IMG/VR virus record: IMGVR_UViG_2875535316_000004
Length of the DNA: 64,000 bases
Strand: one strand, 5' to 3'
From: an uncultured virus (IMG/VR IMGVR_UViG_2875535316_000004)
Lineage: Duplodnaviria; Heunggongvirae; Uroviricota; Caudoviricetes
This document shows, one piece after another, positions 9,601 through 18,091 of this stretch. The number at the start of each line of letters is the position of its first letter. Position 1 is the first letter of the stretch. The position numbers were made by a program, and so were the translations under genes. Under the pieces are notes generated by a model. It searched no databases, had not been told where the DNA came from, and saw only the letters and a list, made by a program, of their open reading frames with translations.

Positions 9601-12600
9601 GCCGCGTCCGTGGCGATCTTGTCCGTTACCGTAACCCACGCGCTGCCGTTCCAGCGTTTCGGCGTGTTGGCATTACCGGTGGTATCGATCCACAAGTTCT
9701 GCGCCAGGCGCTTATCCGCTGCAGGTGCGGTCGGTCCATAGATGACCTCACCCTTGGCGCCGGCCGCCGTAGCGGCTTCCTGCGCGGCCTGCTGGGCGGC
9801 GGTCACGCCTTGCTTGGTGGTGGTCAACCCACCTTCAAGCGAGACGATCGACTGCCCTTGCGACACCAGTCCCTGCTCGGTCTGGCCAACTCGGCCGGTC
9901 AGCAGGTTGGTGGCCGAGACGTTCGCGGCGATTTCACCTGCCGCAACCTGCCCATTGTCACGCCATCCCGTTGCGCGGGAACCGTACTCAGCCTGCGGCC
10001 TGGCCAGCTCCAAAGTGCCGTTTACAGCCGCTGCCGTCTGGCTGTGAACACGGAAATAGACGTTGAATCGAACAGCCCCCTCAGGGGCCACCGCCGTGAA
10101 CGAGTGCCGGCTACCTTCAACCGTGATCGGCATGAACCCGTTGGCCGGCGCCGAGATTACCGTGCCGGCTTCGTTTATCCACTGGTAGATGATGCGCAGG
10201 GCCAGCAAGCCCGCCTCCGCCATGCGGCGGGCGTTGACCGATGTGGTGACGCTCTGCCCGCCCGCTACCCTTGGCCGCTGGGTCGACTGGGTGACCAGCG
10301 AAAAATAAGGACTCGCGTTCGTGACGCCGGTGACCGCGACCCGAAACGCCCGCTCTCCCGCGTTCAACCAGGACGGCACCATGCTTGGGTTTCGGGGTGC
10401 ACTACCCTCCAGCACCCAACCATCTGGCACGTTGGCATCGGCCGCGCTGGCACGATTGAACGTGGGGTTGTACAGCAGGTTCTCCCCGCCCACCTCGGCG
10501 ATCGCGGCGTCAATCGCCGTCATCGCCTGACCTTGGGCGGTAATGTCCTGGCCATGCTGGGCGACCGTGTTGGACAGGTTTTGCACCGTCGACGCATCGG
10601 CCTTCTTTGCCACCTCGGCCAGCGCCGATTGGGCTGCTGCAGCTGCATCGGTGGCAACCTTGTCGCTCACTGCGACCCAGGCGCTACCGCTCCAGCGTTT
10701 CGGCGTATTGGCGTTGCCGGTGGTGTCGATCCACAGGTTTTGCGCCAAACGCTTATCCGCTGCAGGCGCGGACGATCCATAGATCACCTCGCCTTTGGCA
10801 CCTGCGGCTGTCGCTGCCGCCTGCGCGGCTTGCTGGGCAGCAGTCACGCCCTGATTGGTCGTGGTCAGACCGTTCTGCAAGCTGACGATCGACTGGCCCT
10901 GCGTGACCAGCTTGCCATCGGCGTCACTGACAGCACTGCTCAGGTTGGATACGGCTTCCGCCGAGGCCGCAATCGAACGGCGTCCCACCGCGATATAGGC
11001 AATGTCGATTTCGCCGGTGGTATCCGACGCACTCATCATGTCCAGACGAATCGCCAGAATGTTCTTGCCGTTCCAGCCTGCGTGGCCAGACAAGTCAATC
11101 TCAATATCCTGCCAGTCGGTCGTGGTGGTATTGATCGTCCAGGGCATGCGCCGGGCTTCGGCCAGCCCGCCATCTTCGTTCGCCCAGTACATCTGCGCGC
11201 CGGCGCGGGCCGTGTTACGCCGACGCAGCCGGATGCGCAGGAAAGGGTTCTCGGCGCCCGGGAACGTCGGGGTGAAGTTGCACTGCAGGTTAGGGCAGTT
11301 GCCAGACGTGGCGAACAGTGGGCCGGCAACAAAGGTCGAACCGCTGAGGGTACCGAACCAACCCCGCGTCGAACCGGTGAACTCCCAAGCCTTGCCGGCC
11401 ACGAACGACTGCGCGGCACTCAGGCTGTTCTTGAGCTGGGTGATGTCGCTGCTGTAGCTGGTCAGCACACCCTCGGCATTGCTGACGCGGTTGGTCAGCA
11501 GATTGACCGCCGACGCGTCGGCTTTGGTCGCGGCCAGCGCATTGGCGGCGGCGGCAGCGGCGGCGGCATCGGTGGCCACCTTGTCGCTCACCGCCACCCA
11601 GGTGCTGCCGTTCCAGCGCTTCGGCGTGTTGGCATTGCCCGTGGTGTCGATCCACAAGTTTTGCGTCAGGCGCTTGTCAGCGGCCGGCGCCGTAGCGCCA
11701 TAGATCACTTCCCCTTTGGCGCCGGCCGCCGTGGCGGCTGCCTGCGCGGCTTGCTGAGCGGCCGTCACATCCTGCTTGGTGGTTGTGAGGCTCGACTGCA
11801 GGCCGGTCATGGCCTGCCCCTGCGCACTCACAGCGCCTTCCACATCGGTTACCCGGGTGGTCACGCTCTGAACGGCCTGGGCATCCGCCTTGGTCTGTGC
11901 CACAGCCAGGGCATTGGCGGCGGCCGCAGCGGCGTCGGTGGCCACCTTGTCCGTAACCGCCACCCAGGTGTTGCCGTTCCAGCGCTTCGGCGTATTCGCA
12001 TTGCCGGTGGTGTCGATCCACAGGTTTTGCGCCAAGCGCTTGTCGGCCGCCGGCGCCGTGGCGCCATAGATCACCTCACCCTTGGCGCCGGCTGCCGTGG
12101 CGGCCGCCTGCGCGGCCTGCTGGGCGGCCGTTACGTTGCCATTGGTGGTGGTCAAGCCAGACTGCAGGCCCTCAATCTTGGAGGCTTGCGCCGTGCTCGT
12201 ACCGTTGAGGGTAGAAACGTCCGTTTCGACCTTGCCCACGCGCGTGGCGGTGCCGGCCGCCGTCACGATGGCCTGCCCAACATCGGTCCAGTAGGTCGCG
12301 TTCGGCGGCGGGTTGTTCTTCGGTACCGCTTTTAGCGCCTGATACAGCTTGCCATCGGCGCCCAGTACGCCCTGATTGAGCGTATAGGCCTTGTCCTTGT
12401 TGTAAGGCAACGAGCCGGCCAACGCGGACACGGTATTGATCTGCTGCTGCAGCTCGGACCGGGCCGCATCGACTTCCTGATCAACTGCCGCAAGCTGCTG
12501 TTGCAATTCATCACGAGCCGTCAATACCGACGATTTGACCGTCTCGACCGCGTTATTGACCTCGGAAACCTGCTCACTCAGCTGATTACGCGCCTCGTCC

Positions 12601-15179
12601 ACACGCTCGTTCACCGACCCGGGGCCATTCTTATCGATCAGATCAATACGGCTGAGCAGTTCCTTCCCCAGTTCGCTTTCGGTGATCTGATCCTTGATCT
12701 GCTCGAGGATCGCGCCAGCATCTGCGCTGGCCATTCCGGCAACCACTGCCGGGGCTACAGGGAAGAATGGGCCAAGGTTACTGGAACGATCGACCAGGCG
12801 AGCCCAGAAGTAGAACTGTTGGCCCGCGCGCAAGCCCTGCATCACGTACTCGTTCTGCGGGTAGGCCAGGTCTGCCAGCTTGGTGGCATTGCCCAAGTCT
12901 GTACCTTCGCTGTACCACAACTCGGTACGCTGGGTGTCGCTGGAGCCAGCAGGAAAGCCCCACTTGATGCCGATGCCGAACAGCAGGCTTTCCGTATCCA
13001 GGAAGGAAACAGCCGGCGGCAGGCCTTCCTTGCCATTCAGCTGAGTGAGGGTCGAGCTTTTCCAGATCGACGTAATGTCGAAGGAGCTCACAGCGCGTAC
13101 GCGTGCAAGGTAGGAACCCGCGTAAATGCCGACCACGTCTGCCGATGTTGCGCCGGTGCGCTGCAGGCGAACCCAGTTGCCGTTGTCCTTGCGCCACTCC
13201 ACGTCATAGGCGACAGCGCCCTCCACCGCCGGCCAGGCGATGGTCATCGTGCTGACCGCGATACCCTGGTCGATCATGTGGGCGGAAGACAAGGTCACGC
13301 TCGCGGGGGGCTGCACAGTGGTCACCGGGATAACGCTGATCGGGCGCTCGTCCAACTTGGCGCCGGTGTCGATCGCAGCGAACTTGCTCGGGTTGAACTC
13401 GAGCGCGGTGATCTCGTACTCCCCCTCTTGGGTGCGGGTTGTCTTCAGCACCCGGAACAGCTGTACCGCCAGGTCATGGTAATCGATTGCCCACTGCAGT
13501 TCCGGCTCGGGCTGCACGCCATACGCGGTCGTTACCGTCACCGCGCGGCCGGCCACCGACTGCACCGTGCGTGCCTGGGCGGTGCCGTTCGGCAGGTTCA
13601 AGATCAGCCGGTCGCCAGACTTGATCGGCGTGTCACGGTCCAAGGTCACAATGCGGCCGGCAGCCGCCGAGATCCGGCCGCCGTTTGGACGGCCCGCAAC
13701 CAGCTCGTCTGCGACGGGAATGACGTAGCCAGGCAGCGGAATGCGCCCTTCCATGCCGGTTTTGAAAGTGACGGTGCGGTCCTGGCTGTTACTCAGCAGC
13801 GCCCACTTGCCACGGCGCTGTGCCTCGGATGCACGGGTGCAGCCGATGGCCGAAATCTCCACCGGACGGTCTCGGTACCGGCGCTGGAGAGCGTTGTCGG
13901 TGACCGGGATGACATCTGTGTCGTAGTTGTTGGCCGGGTTGTCGTAGCTGACCAGAGCCCGGCTGTAGTGCGTGTTACGCTCGGCACCGCCGTATACGAA
14001 CTCACCGTCGATGACGTTGGCCCGGGTGAACACGTAGTCGATATCCTGGGCGCGCGGCATGTCTGCCTGCATGAACAGCGATCCATGGGCCCAGTACACC
14101 ATGCCCCGGTAAATCGCGGAGAGGTCGCGCAGCAAGGTCCAGGCTTCGGCGCGGCCCTGAAGGTTCATGTCGCACAGGAAACGCGCCTCCTGACCGCCCT
14201 GCCCATTCGGCACCTGCTGGTCGCAGTACTGGGCGATGCGGTACATCTCCCACTTATCGACCATCCACGACTTGATGCGTTTGCCCAAGCCAAAACGGTC
14301 CTCGACGCACAGACCGTAGGTCACAAACGCCGGGTTGTTGGTCCACGCCTGCTTGAAGGTGCCGTCCCATACGCCGGCATAGGTGCGCGCAACGGGATCG
14401 TAGTTGGTCGGCACCGGCCAGCGCTTGGCCTTGCACTTCACGGTTACCGCAGGGATGTTCTGGAACTGCTGGGCGTCGAACTCGATGTACAGCAGCGCGG
14501 TGTTCGGGTAACGCAGCTTCTGGTCGATGATCTCGGTGTAGCCAGCGATGGTCATCGTATCGGCCACGGTTCCGCTGTTGGCGTTCGGAGTGATACGGCG
14601 CACGCGCAGCATCCAGCCGGAGGTTGCCTTGGGTAGGTTGACGCGTACCGAGCGCTGGTAGCCGTTGGTGGTCTTGCCGTCCACTGCCCCCAGGTGCGCC
14701 TCGACATAGGCGCCACCATCGGTAGCGATATCGATGGCGTATTCAATGCGGTAGCCATTGGTATTGCCACTGCTGTCCTGCTGCGCCAGGCGCGGCCAGA
14801 CCATTCGCACGCGCACAGCCGAGAGCTGGGTGTTGCTTAGAGCACGGGCAAATGGATTGTCGCTGCGCAGCTCCACATTAACGGTGGTCTCGTTCTCGAT
14901 CGCAGGGATCCCCTGGATGTAGTCCTGCTCGACCGCGCCCGAGCGCCACTCCCACTGCACCCCAGGGAAATTCACGCTGCCGCTGGCATCCATGATCGGG
15001 GTGTTATCAAGGTAGATGTCACGATCCGTCGGCTCACCGTCGAACTCACCCTCCCCCACCGCAATCAGAATCTTGCCGATGTTGGTCGACTGCAGGCTAT
15101 CGGGCGCCTCTACAGGCGATTTCGGCTTGCTGCTGCCGCCCTTGGCGCCAGTGATATCCACGTGATCTGCTGGGCCCAT
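6639..15179 (-). CDS. central tail fibre/host specificity protein J (TipJ) with repeated modules (~2846 aa)
   Basis: GAKGG N-terminus, WTNNPA, FnIII-like region, internal repeats, DUF1983-like C-terminal region; start reassigned to MGPADH with GGAGG RBS. Confidence 0.92.
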   Translation of the reverse strand: MGPADHVDITGAKGGSSKPKSPVEAPDSLQSTNIGKILIAVGEGEFDGEPTDRDIYLDNTPIMDASGSVNFPGVQWEWRSGAVEQDYIQGIPAIENETTVNVELRSDNPFARALSNTQLSAVRVRMVWPRLAQQDSSGNTNGYRIEYAIDIATDGGAYVEAHLGAVDGKTTNGYQRSVRVNLPKATSGWMLRVRRITPNANSGTVADTMTIAGYTEIIDQKLRYPNTALLYIEFDAQQFQNIPAVTVKCKAKRWPVPTNYDPVARTYAGVWDGTFKQAWTNNPAFVTYGLCVEDRFGLGKRIKSWMVDKWEMYRIAQYCDQQVPNGQGGQEARFLCDMNLQGRAEAWTLLRDLSAIYRGMVYWAHGSLFMQADMPRAQDIDYVFTRANVIDGEFVYGGAERNTHYSRALVSYDNPANNYDTDVIPVTDNALQRRYRDRPVEISAIGCTRASEAQRRGKWALLSNSQDRTVTFKTGMEGRIPLPGYVIPVADELVAGRPNGGRISAAAGRIVTLDRDTPIKSGDRLILNLPNGTAQARTVQSVAGRAVTVTTAYGVQPEPELQWAIDYHDLAVQLFRVLKTTRTQEGEYEITALEFNPSKFAAIDTGAKLDERPISVIPVTTVQPPASVTLSSAHMIDQGIAVSTMTIAWPAVEGAVAYDVEWRKDNGNWVRLQRTGATSADVVGIYAGSYLARVRAVSSFDITSIWKSSTLTQLNGKEGLPPAVSFLDTESLLFGIGIKWGFPAGSSDTQRTELWYSEGTDLGNATKLADLAYPQNEYVMQGLRAGQQFYFWARLVDRSSNLGPFFPVAPAVVAGMASADAGAILEQIKDQITESELGKELLSRIDLIDKNGPGSVNERVDEARNQLSEQVSEVNNAVETVKSSVLTARDELQQQLAAVDQEVDAARSELQQQINTVSALAGSLPYNKDKAYTLNQGVLGADGKLYQALKAVPKNNPPPNATYWTDVGQAIVTAAGTATRVGKVETDVSTLNGTSTAQASKIEGLQSGLTTTNGNVTAAQQAAQAAATAAGAKGEVIYGATAPAADKRLAQNLWIDTTGNANTPKRWNGNTWVAVTDKVATDAAAAAANALAVAQTKADAQAVQSVTTRVTDVEGAVSAQGQAMTGLQSSLTTTKQDVTAAQQAAQAAATAAGAKGEVIYGATAPAADKRLTQNLWIDTTGNANTPKRWNGSTWVAVSDKVATDAAAAAAAANALAATKADASAVNLLTNRVSNAEGVLTSYSSDITQLKNSLSAAQSFVAGKAWEFTGSTRGWFGTLSGSTFVAGPLFATSGNCPNLQCNFTPTFPGAENPFLRIRLRRRNTARAGAQMYWANEDGGLAEARRMPWTINTTTTDWQDIEIDLSGHAGWNGKNILAIRLDMMSASDTTGEIDIAYIAVGRRSIAASAEAVSNLSSAVSDADGKLVTQGQSIVSLQNGLTTTNQGVTAAQQAAQAAATAAGAKGEVIYGSSAPAADKRLAQNLWIDTTGNANTPKRWSGSAWVAVSDKVATDAAAAAQSALAEVAKKADASTVQNLSNTVAQHGQDITAQGQAMTAIDAAIAEVGGENLLYNPTFNRASAADANVPDGWVLEGSAPRNPSMVPSWLNAGERAFRVAVTGVTNASPYFSLVTQSTQRPRVAGGQSVTTSVNARRMAEAGLLALRIIYQWINEAGTVISAPANGFMPITVEGSRHSFTAVAPEGAVRFNVYFRVHSQTAAAVNGTLELARPQAEYGSRATGWRDNGQVAAGEIAANVSATNLLTGRVGQTEQGLVSQGQSIVSLEGGLTTTKQGVTAAQQAAQEAATAAGAKGEVIYGPTAPAADKRLAQNLWIDTTGNANTPKRWNGSAWVTVTDKIATDAAAAAANALTVAQSKADASVVQTLSSKVSDNEGKLTTQGQSITGLQGSLATTNQNVTAAQQAAQAAATAAGAKGEVIYGATAPAADKRLAQNLWIDTTGNANTPKRWSGSAWVAVTDKVATDAAAAAQSALTEVAKKADASTVQSLTNTVTQQGQDLIAKGQALTAIDASIGDAGGENLLYNPAFTKVNAVDPNVPDGWTRDGAAQNNSSMVESWLNAGERAFRSALTGVTSGSPYLSLIPATTRRVKVGGSQSVTSSIYARRAATSGLLSLRLYIQWLNASGGVISAPFSTLNPVSVDGSRHTLTAAAPADAVAAVVYYRVHGATSTATNGTVELARPQVEYGSRASGWRDSGQVNAADNAATSAAVDNLTSTVNQQGSNLSSVAGRTTSLENSLATTNGNVTTAQQAAQAAATAAGAKGEVIYGSTAPAADKRLTQNLWIDTTGNANTPKRWNGSAWVAVSDKVATDAAAAAASALSQVATKAEASAVNSLTNRVNSAEGTLSSNSSDITQLKNSIGTAQPFVAGKSWEFIGSTLGWASTTAGSTFTAGPLFATISKWTNLQCNFTPAIAGAENPYLRIRLRRRNTTRAGAQMYWANEDGGLAEARRMAWTISLTTNDWQDIEFDLSGHAGWNGKNIIAIRLDMMNSVDSSGEIDIAYIAVGRRSAAASAQAVASLESNVTEQGGKLTAEGQRIDGLYTAVGDANAAIQNEAKARADGEGALSKQIQNTQASLGTTNASVQQVATAQADMKTMLNAQYTLRVQVNNQYGAHVFAGFGIGINSQNGIVQSAFVINADKFVLLNSSSGLSSPFSIVGGQTFVDDAYIRAASISNAKIADGAISNAKIANGAITAAKIGVAEIDTLRIRGNAVTVPVSASNPANLLGAGVGQWQNLIAVGVQMDEGGFITAQYSCYQGFGSGIRKYQFQMDINGLVIAEGGGDWADSFPNLMGSIGVAPGYFVITVKWWGENSGVGVKNHTLYAMGTKR

Positions 15180-15235
15180 GCTTTCCTCCGGGCAATAAAA
15201 AACCGCCCGGAGGCGGTCTGCTTGCTGAATCGGCC

Positions 15236-15823
15236 CTAGGCCTTGTCTTGCGCCTCGATCGAGGCAGAGATGATTGCCCCACCCCAGCGGCGTTCGCCGA
15301 TGCAAATCGGGACGGGGTTACCGCTGGCTGTGGTGTTCTTGGCGCTGCCGAAGGCGTACGACGGCAGGTTTTCAGGGGCGGCGCTCTGGGATAGTCCCTT
15401 GGCCTGGGGGCTGAGCATCTGCACAACTCCGCCCAGCGTCATAGAAAGGCCAGCATAAAATGCAGACGGGCCTAGCCATATGGAGGACACCATCAAGGCT
15501 ATGCCAATGATGGTTTGAAGAATCCCACCGCGTTTGCTGCCATGAACAACCGGCACGATTCGAACTTCCTGTGTGCCTCGAAGGCTCATTTGGTCCGGGC
15601 CAATGTTCTTTCGATTACGAAAGATGGCAAAGCGCAATCCCAGCCCATCGAGTCGCCGAATTTCCTCTTCGAAACCTTGCAGGGTGGATTGGAGAGCTTT
15701 GAAAGCTTCCCAAGTAGCGCCGCTCTCAAGCTGACGACGATGCGTTCGCCCAAACTTTCGAGCCAAGGATCCCGATAGTTTGATAATAGTCATCGGCTGA
15801 TAGTAAGCCGCTGTGGCTGCCAT
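15236..15823 (-). CDS. tail assembly protein I
   Basis: GSKRGG.LQ, SYAFG..NTTASGNPVP, GGAIISA motifs. Confidence 0.88.
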   Translation of the reverse strand: MAATAAYYQPMTIIKLSGSLARKFGRTHRRQLESGATWEAFKALQSTLQGFEEEIRRLDGLGLRFAIFRNRKNIGPDQMSLRGTQEVRIVPVVHGSKRGGILQTIIGIALMVSSIWLGPSAFYAGLSMTLGGVVQMLSPQAKGLSQSAAPENLPSYAFGSAKNTTASGNPVPICIGERRWGGAIISASIEAQDKA

Positions 15824-15838
15824 GGTTCCTCCAGTCAT

Positions 15839-15862
15839 AAAAAAACCGCACTAAGGCGGTTT
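15839..15862 (-). terminator. terminator after lipoprotein moron
   Basis: AAACCGCCTTAGTGCGGTTTTTT. Confidence 0.6.
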
Positions 15863-15873
15863 GTGATGAGCGA

Positions 15874-16218
15874 TTAAAGACATGACCTAACGGCGCGCTC
15901 CACCGCAGAGCGACCAGGCATCGCTGACCAAGGCATGCGCTGCCGAAGGGCTATTGAACTACCGGTCGGTAATCTCGTGATATCAAGCAACTCATCTGCC
16001 ATGCTGCTATTCGCTACCCAGAGTCGGTAGCCATTTTCGGTCTCCACCATGGAGGACTCAGTTCTGGCAGCCTGCCATTTCGGAAATACGCATAGGGCAT
16101 ATTGCTTTGGGTCTTTGTGCGTCTCAGCGCTAATCGAAGGCTCGTTGCCTTCCAAATCTGCGGTTGTCACGCACCCTGCCAGCAGCGCAAGCGCCACCGT
16201 ACCGATCAGAATTCGCAT
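15874..16218 (-). CDS. lipoprotein moron between tail genes K and I
   Basis: Lipobox LLAGC, own RBS and terminator. Confidence 0.75.
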   Translation of the reverse strand: MRILIGTVALALLAGCVTTADLEGNEPSISAETHKDPKQYALCVFPKWQAARTESSMVETENGYRLWVANSSMADELLDITRLPTGSSIALRQRMPWSAMPGRSAVERAVRSCL

Positions 16219-16248
16219 GTGATCCCTCCCTGAAAAGCGCTGAATGTA

Positions 16249-17004
16249 TCACTTGGCGTCTCGGTGACGCAGCACAAGGCGAGCCCGGTCTAGCCAAGGG
16301 CCGCCGAACACGATGATTTCTGATGGCCGCCCCAGCAGGTGGTGCAGCATGAAAGGCCCATGACCGAAGACCTGGGCATGTTCCTCAGGCAGTTGCGCAT
16401 GCGCGCCCAGATAAATACCGGCGTGATTGGGATGGGCGGTGCGCCCCACAGCCATGACGACCATGTCGCCTCGCTGCGGCCGGCTCACCTGGTAAAAGCC
16501 GGCCGCTCCGTATGCCTGCTCATAGAGGCTCGGGCCGTCCGTCTGTTCCCACCACCCTTCTTCCCGGGCATAGGCTGGGAATTCCAGCCCCCACTCGCGG
16601 TTGTACCAGTCCGCGCAGACCTGCCAGCAATCCCAGGCGCCGTGCACGAAAGGACGGCCCAGCAGCGGCGTGTGACCGGTTGGCGTGATAGTGCGCAGAT
16701 CACCTTCAGGCCACGACAGGATGTGCCAGGGCAAACCGGTGGCCTCACACATGGCCAGATCCCGCGGCGACGGTCTGCTGGTGGCGTCCGGATGTGAGTG
16801 CACGATGCCGATCACCTCGCCCTTGTCCTCGGCCGCCGCGTAGTCTTCCGGCGAGATACGGAACTCCTCGGCGGGATCGGTCGCGGTGTTATCGCATGGG
16901 ATGTAGCGGTGGGAGCGGCCAACGGCGATGATCAGCCCGCAGCACTCGCGTGGGTATTCTGCCGCAGCGTGCGCTTGCACGGCGGCGAGGATGTGTTTGC
17001 GCAT
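16249..17004 (-). CDS. tail assembly protein K (JAB + NlpC/P60)
   Basis: ECCG, HSHPD, DCW, NHAGIY motifs. Confidence 0.9.
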   Translation of the reverse strand: MRKHILAAVQAHAAAEYPRECCGLIIAVGRSHRYIPCDNTATDPAEEFRISPEDYAAAEDKGEVIGIVHSHPDATSRPSPRDLAMCEATGLPWHILSWPEGDLRTITPTGHTPLLGRPFVHGAWDCWQVCADWYNREWGLEFPAYAREEGWWEQTDGPSLYEQAYGAAGFYQVSRPQRGDMVVMAVGRTAHPNHAGIYLGAHAQLPEEHAQVFGHGPFMLHHLLGRPSEIIVFGGPWLDRARLVLRHRDAK

Positions 17005-17006
17005 GA

Positions 17007-17756
17007 TCAACTCCGTGCGATCAAGGATACAGCCGGGAAGCCGCCAAACGGCAGTTGGTTGCCCTGCCCGTGGCGAACGGTGCACCCCGTGTCGAGGCAG
17101 CCATTGCACTGGTCCTTGACCGGGTCGTCGGTGGGATTGCCGTCAAGGTCGAAGTAGGGACCGGTGTAGCCGCAGTTCGGGCCACGGTAGCCGGCGGTCA
17201 TTGCCCAGTGGCACAACTGGGTCATCTGCCGGCCAATCGTTTCCCCACCGACATCGCCAGGACTGGCCAGCTCCCAACCAACAGTGGTGCCGCTCTCCAA
17301 AACCTTCTGGTCGATATACCAGACTTCGATGGCTTCCTCGGCCGGGTCCGCAGTCGGGTTGCCGGCCGGGAAATTCGCTGCATCCAAATACTCACCCAAG
17401 GTATGGCGAATCGTCAGCTTGAACTCGAGCAGGTCTTCGTATGCGAGACACAGGGCAGTGATCCTGCCGTTGACGTTACCAACAGTCAGCGTGGGCCGAA
17501 CGGCGGTGCCGTCCGAGTTCGCCTCGATGCCGTCGATCTGCATGGGCCAGGCACCATATTCGTTGCCCTGCCACCAGATCGACTTGGCCGGCAGCTGGTC
17601 GGCGTTCGCGCCAGCGGCGGCCAGTTCCTGTGCGCTGTGCGGTATTGCATGCCCATGGAACCGCAACATATCGGCGCCAAAATCCGAGCCATCCAGCTCG
17701 AACAGCAGGATCTCAGCGCCCGGTTCAAGCTTCTGCAGCTGTGTGATCAAGCTCAT
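17007..17756 (-). CDS. minor tail protein L
   Basis: Cys pattern and FGGFPA C-terminus. Confidence 0.9.
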   Translation of the reverse strand: MSLITQLQKLEPGAEILLFELDGSDFGADMLRFHGHAIPHSAQELAAAGANADQLPAKSIWWQGNEYGAWPMQIDGIEANSDGTAVRPTLTVGNVNGRITALCLAYEDLLEFKLTIRHTLGEYLDAANFPAGNPTADPAEEAIEVWYIDQKVLESGTTVGWELASPGDVGGETIGRQMTQLCHWAMTAGYRGPNCGYTGPYFDLDGNPTDDPVKDQCNGCLDTGCTVRHGQGNQLPFGGFPAVSLIARS

Positions 17757-18091
17757 GGGTGATACGCCCTTCCAAAGGTTGCGGTGAGCAGGATCACGGC
17801 GCCCGGCTTACGCTGCTGACGGAAGGATTCGCACCGGTACAAACCGAGCACGCCTTCGGGATTGGTCCATAAGAATGACTTGGCACCGCGATGGCGACGG
17901 ATGAAAGCCAGGATGGGCGCGATCTCGTCAGCCAAGCCGCCGAACGACAGCGACCAGCTATCTGATTCGGCGTTCAGGCCATCGGTGGACACCTGTGCAT
18001 AGTTGTCGCCAAACTGCGACTTCCGGGTCCGGAGGGTGCTGTCGCCACCGGCCTCATCGTCAGGTGTCCAGGTGAAAGTTTCGATCGCCAT
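17753..18091 (-). CDS. minor tail protein M
   Basis: FGDNYAQ..DGLN, F.WTNP motifs; synteny. Confidence 0.88.
   Translation of the reverse strand: MAIETFTWTPDDEAGGDSTLRTRKSQFGDNYAQVSTDGLNAESDSWSLSFGGLADEIAPILAFIRRHRGAKSFLWTNPEGVLGLYRCESFRQQRKPGAVILLTATFGRAYHP

Noticed and set aside
8200..12140. CRISPR array
   Set aside because: Repeats are ~200-bp protein-coding units; no cas genes
9567..14636. Long plus-strand ORFs (922 and 711 aa)
   Set aside because: Antisense shadows of the GC-rich J gene; the same applies to most overlapping ORFs in the track
4257..15179. Diversity-generating retroelement (RT next to a tail fibre with repeats)
   Set aside because: The RT lies within intron boundaries with domains V/VI and a maturase region. 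No avd or non-coding template repeat was seen, and the fibre repeats are in-frame with mostly codon-type differences.
15180..15305. N-terminal extension of J in the ORF track
   Set aside because: Overlaps gene I and a terminator; good RBS precedes ATG 15179
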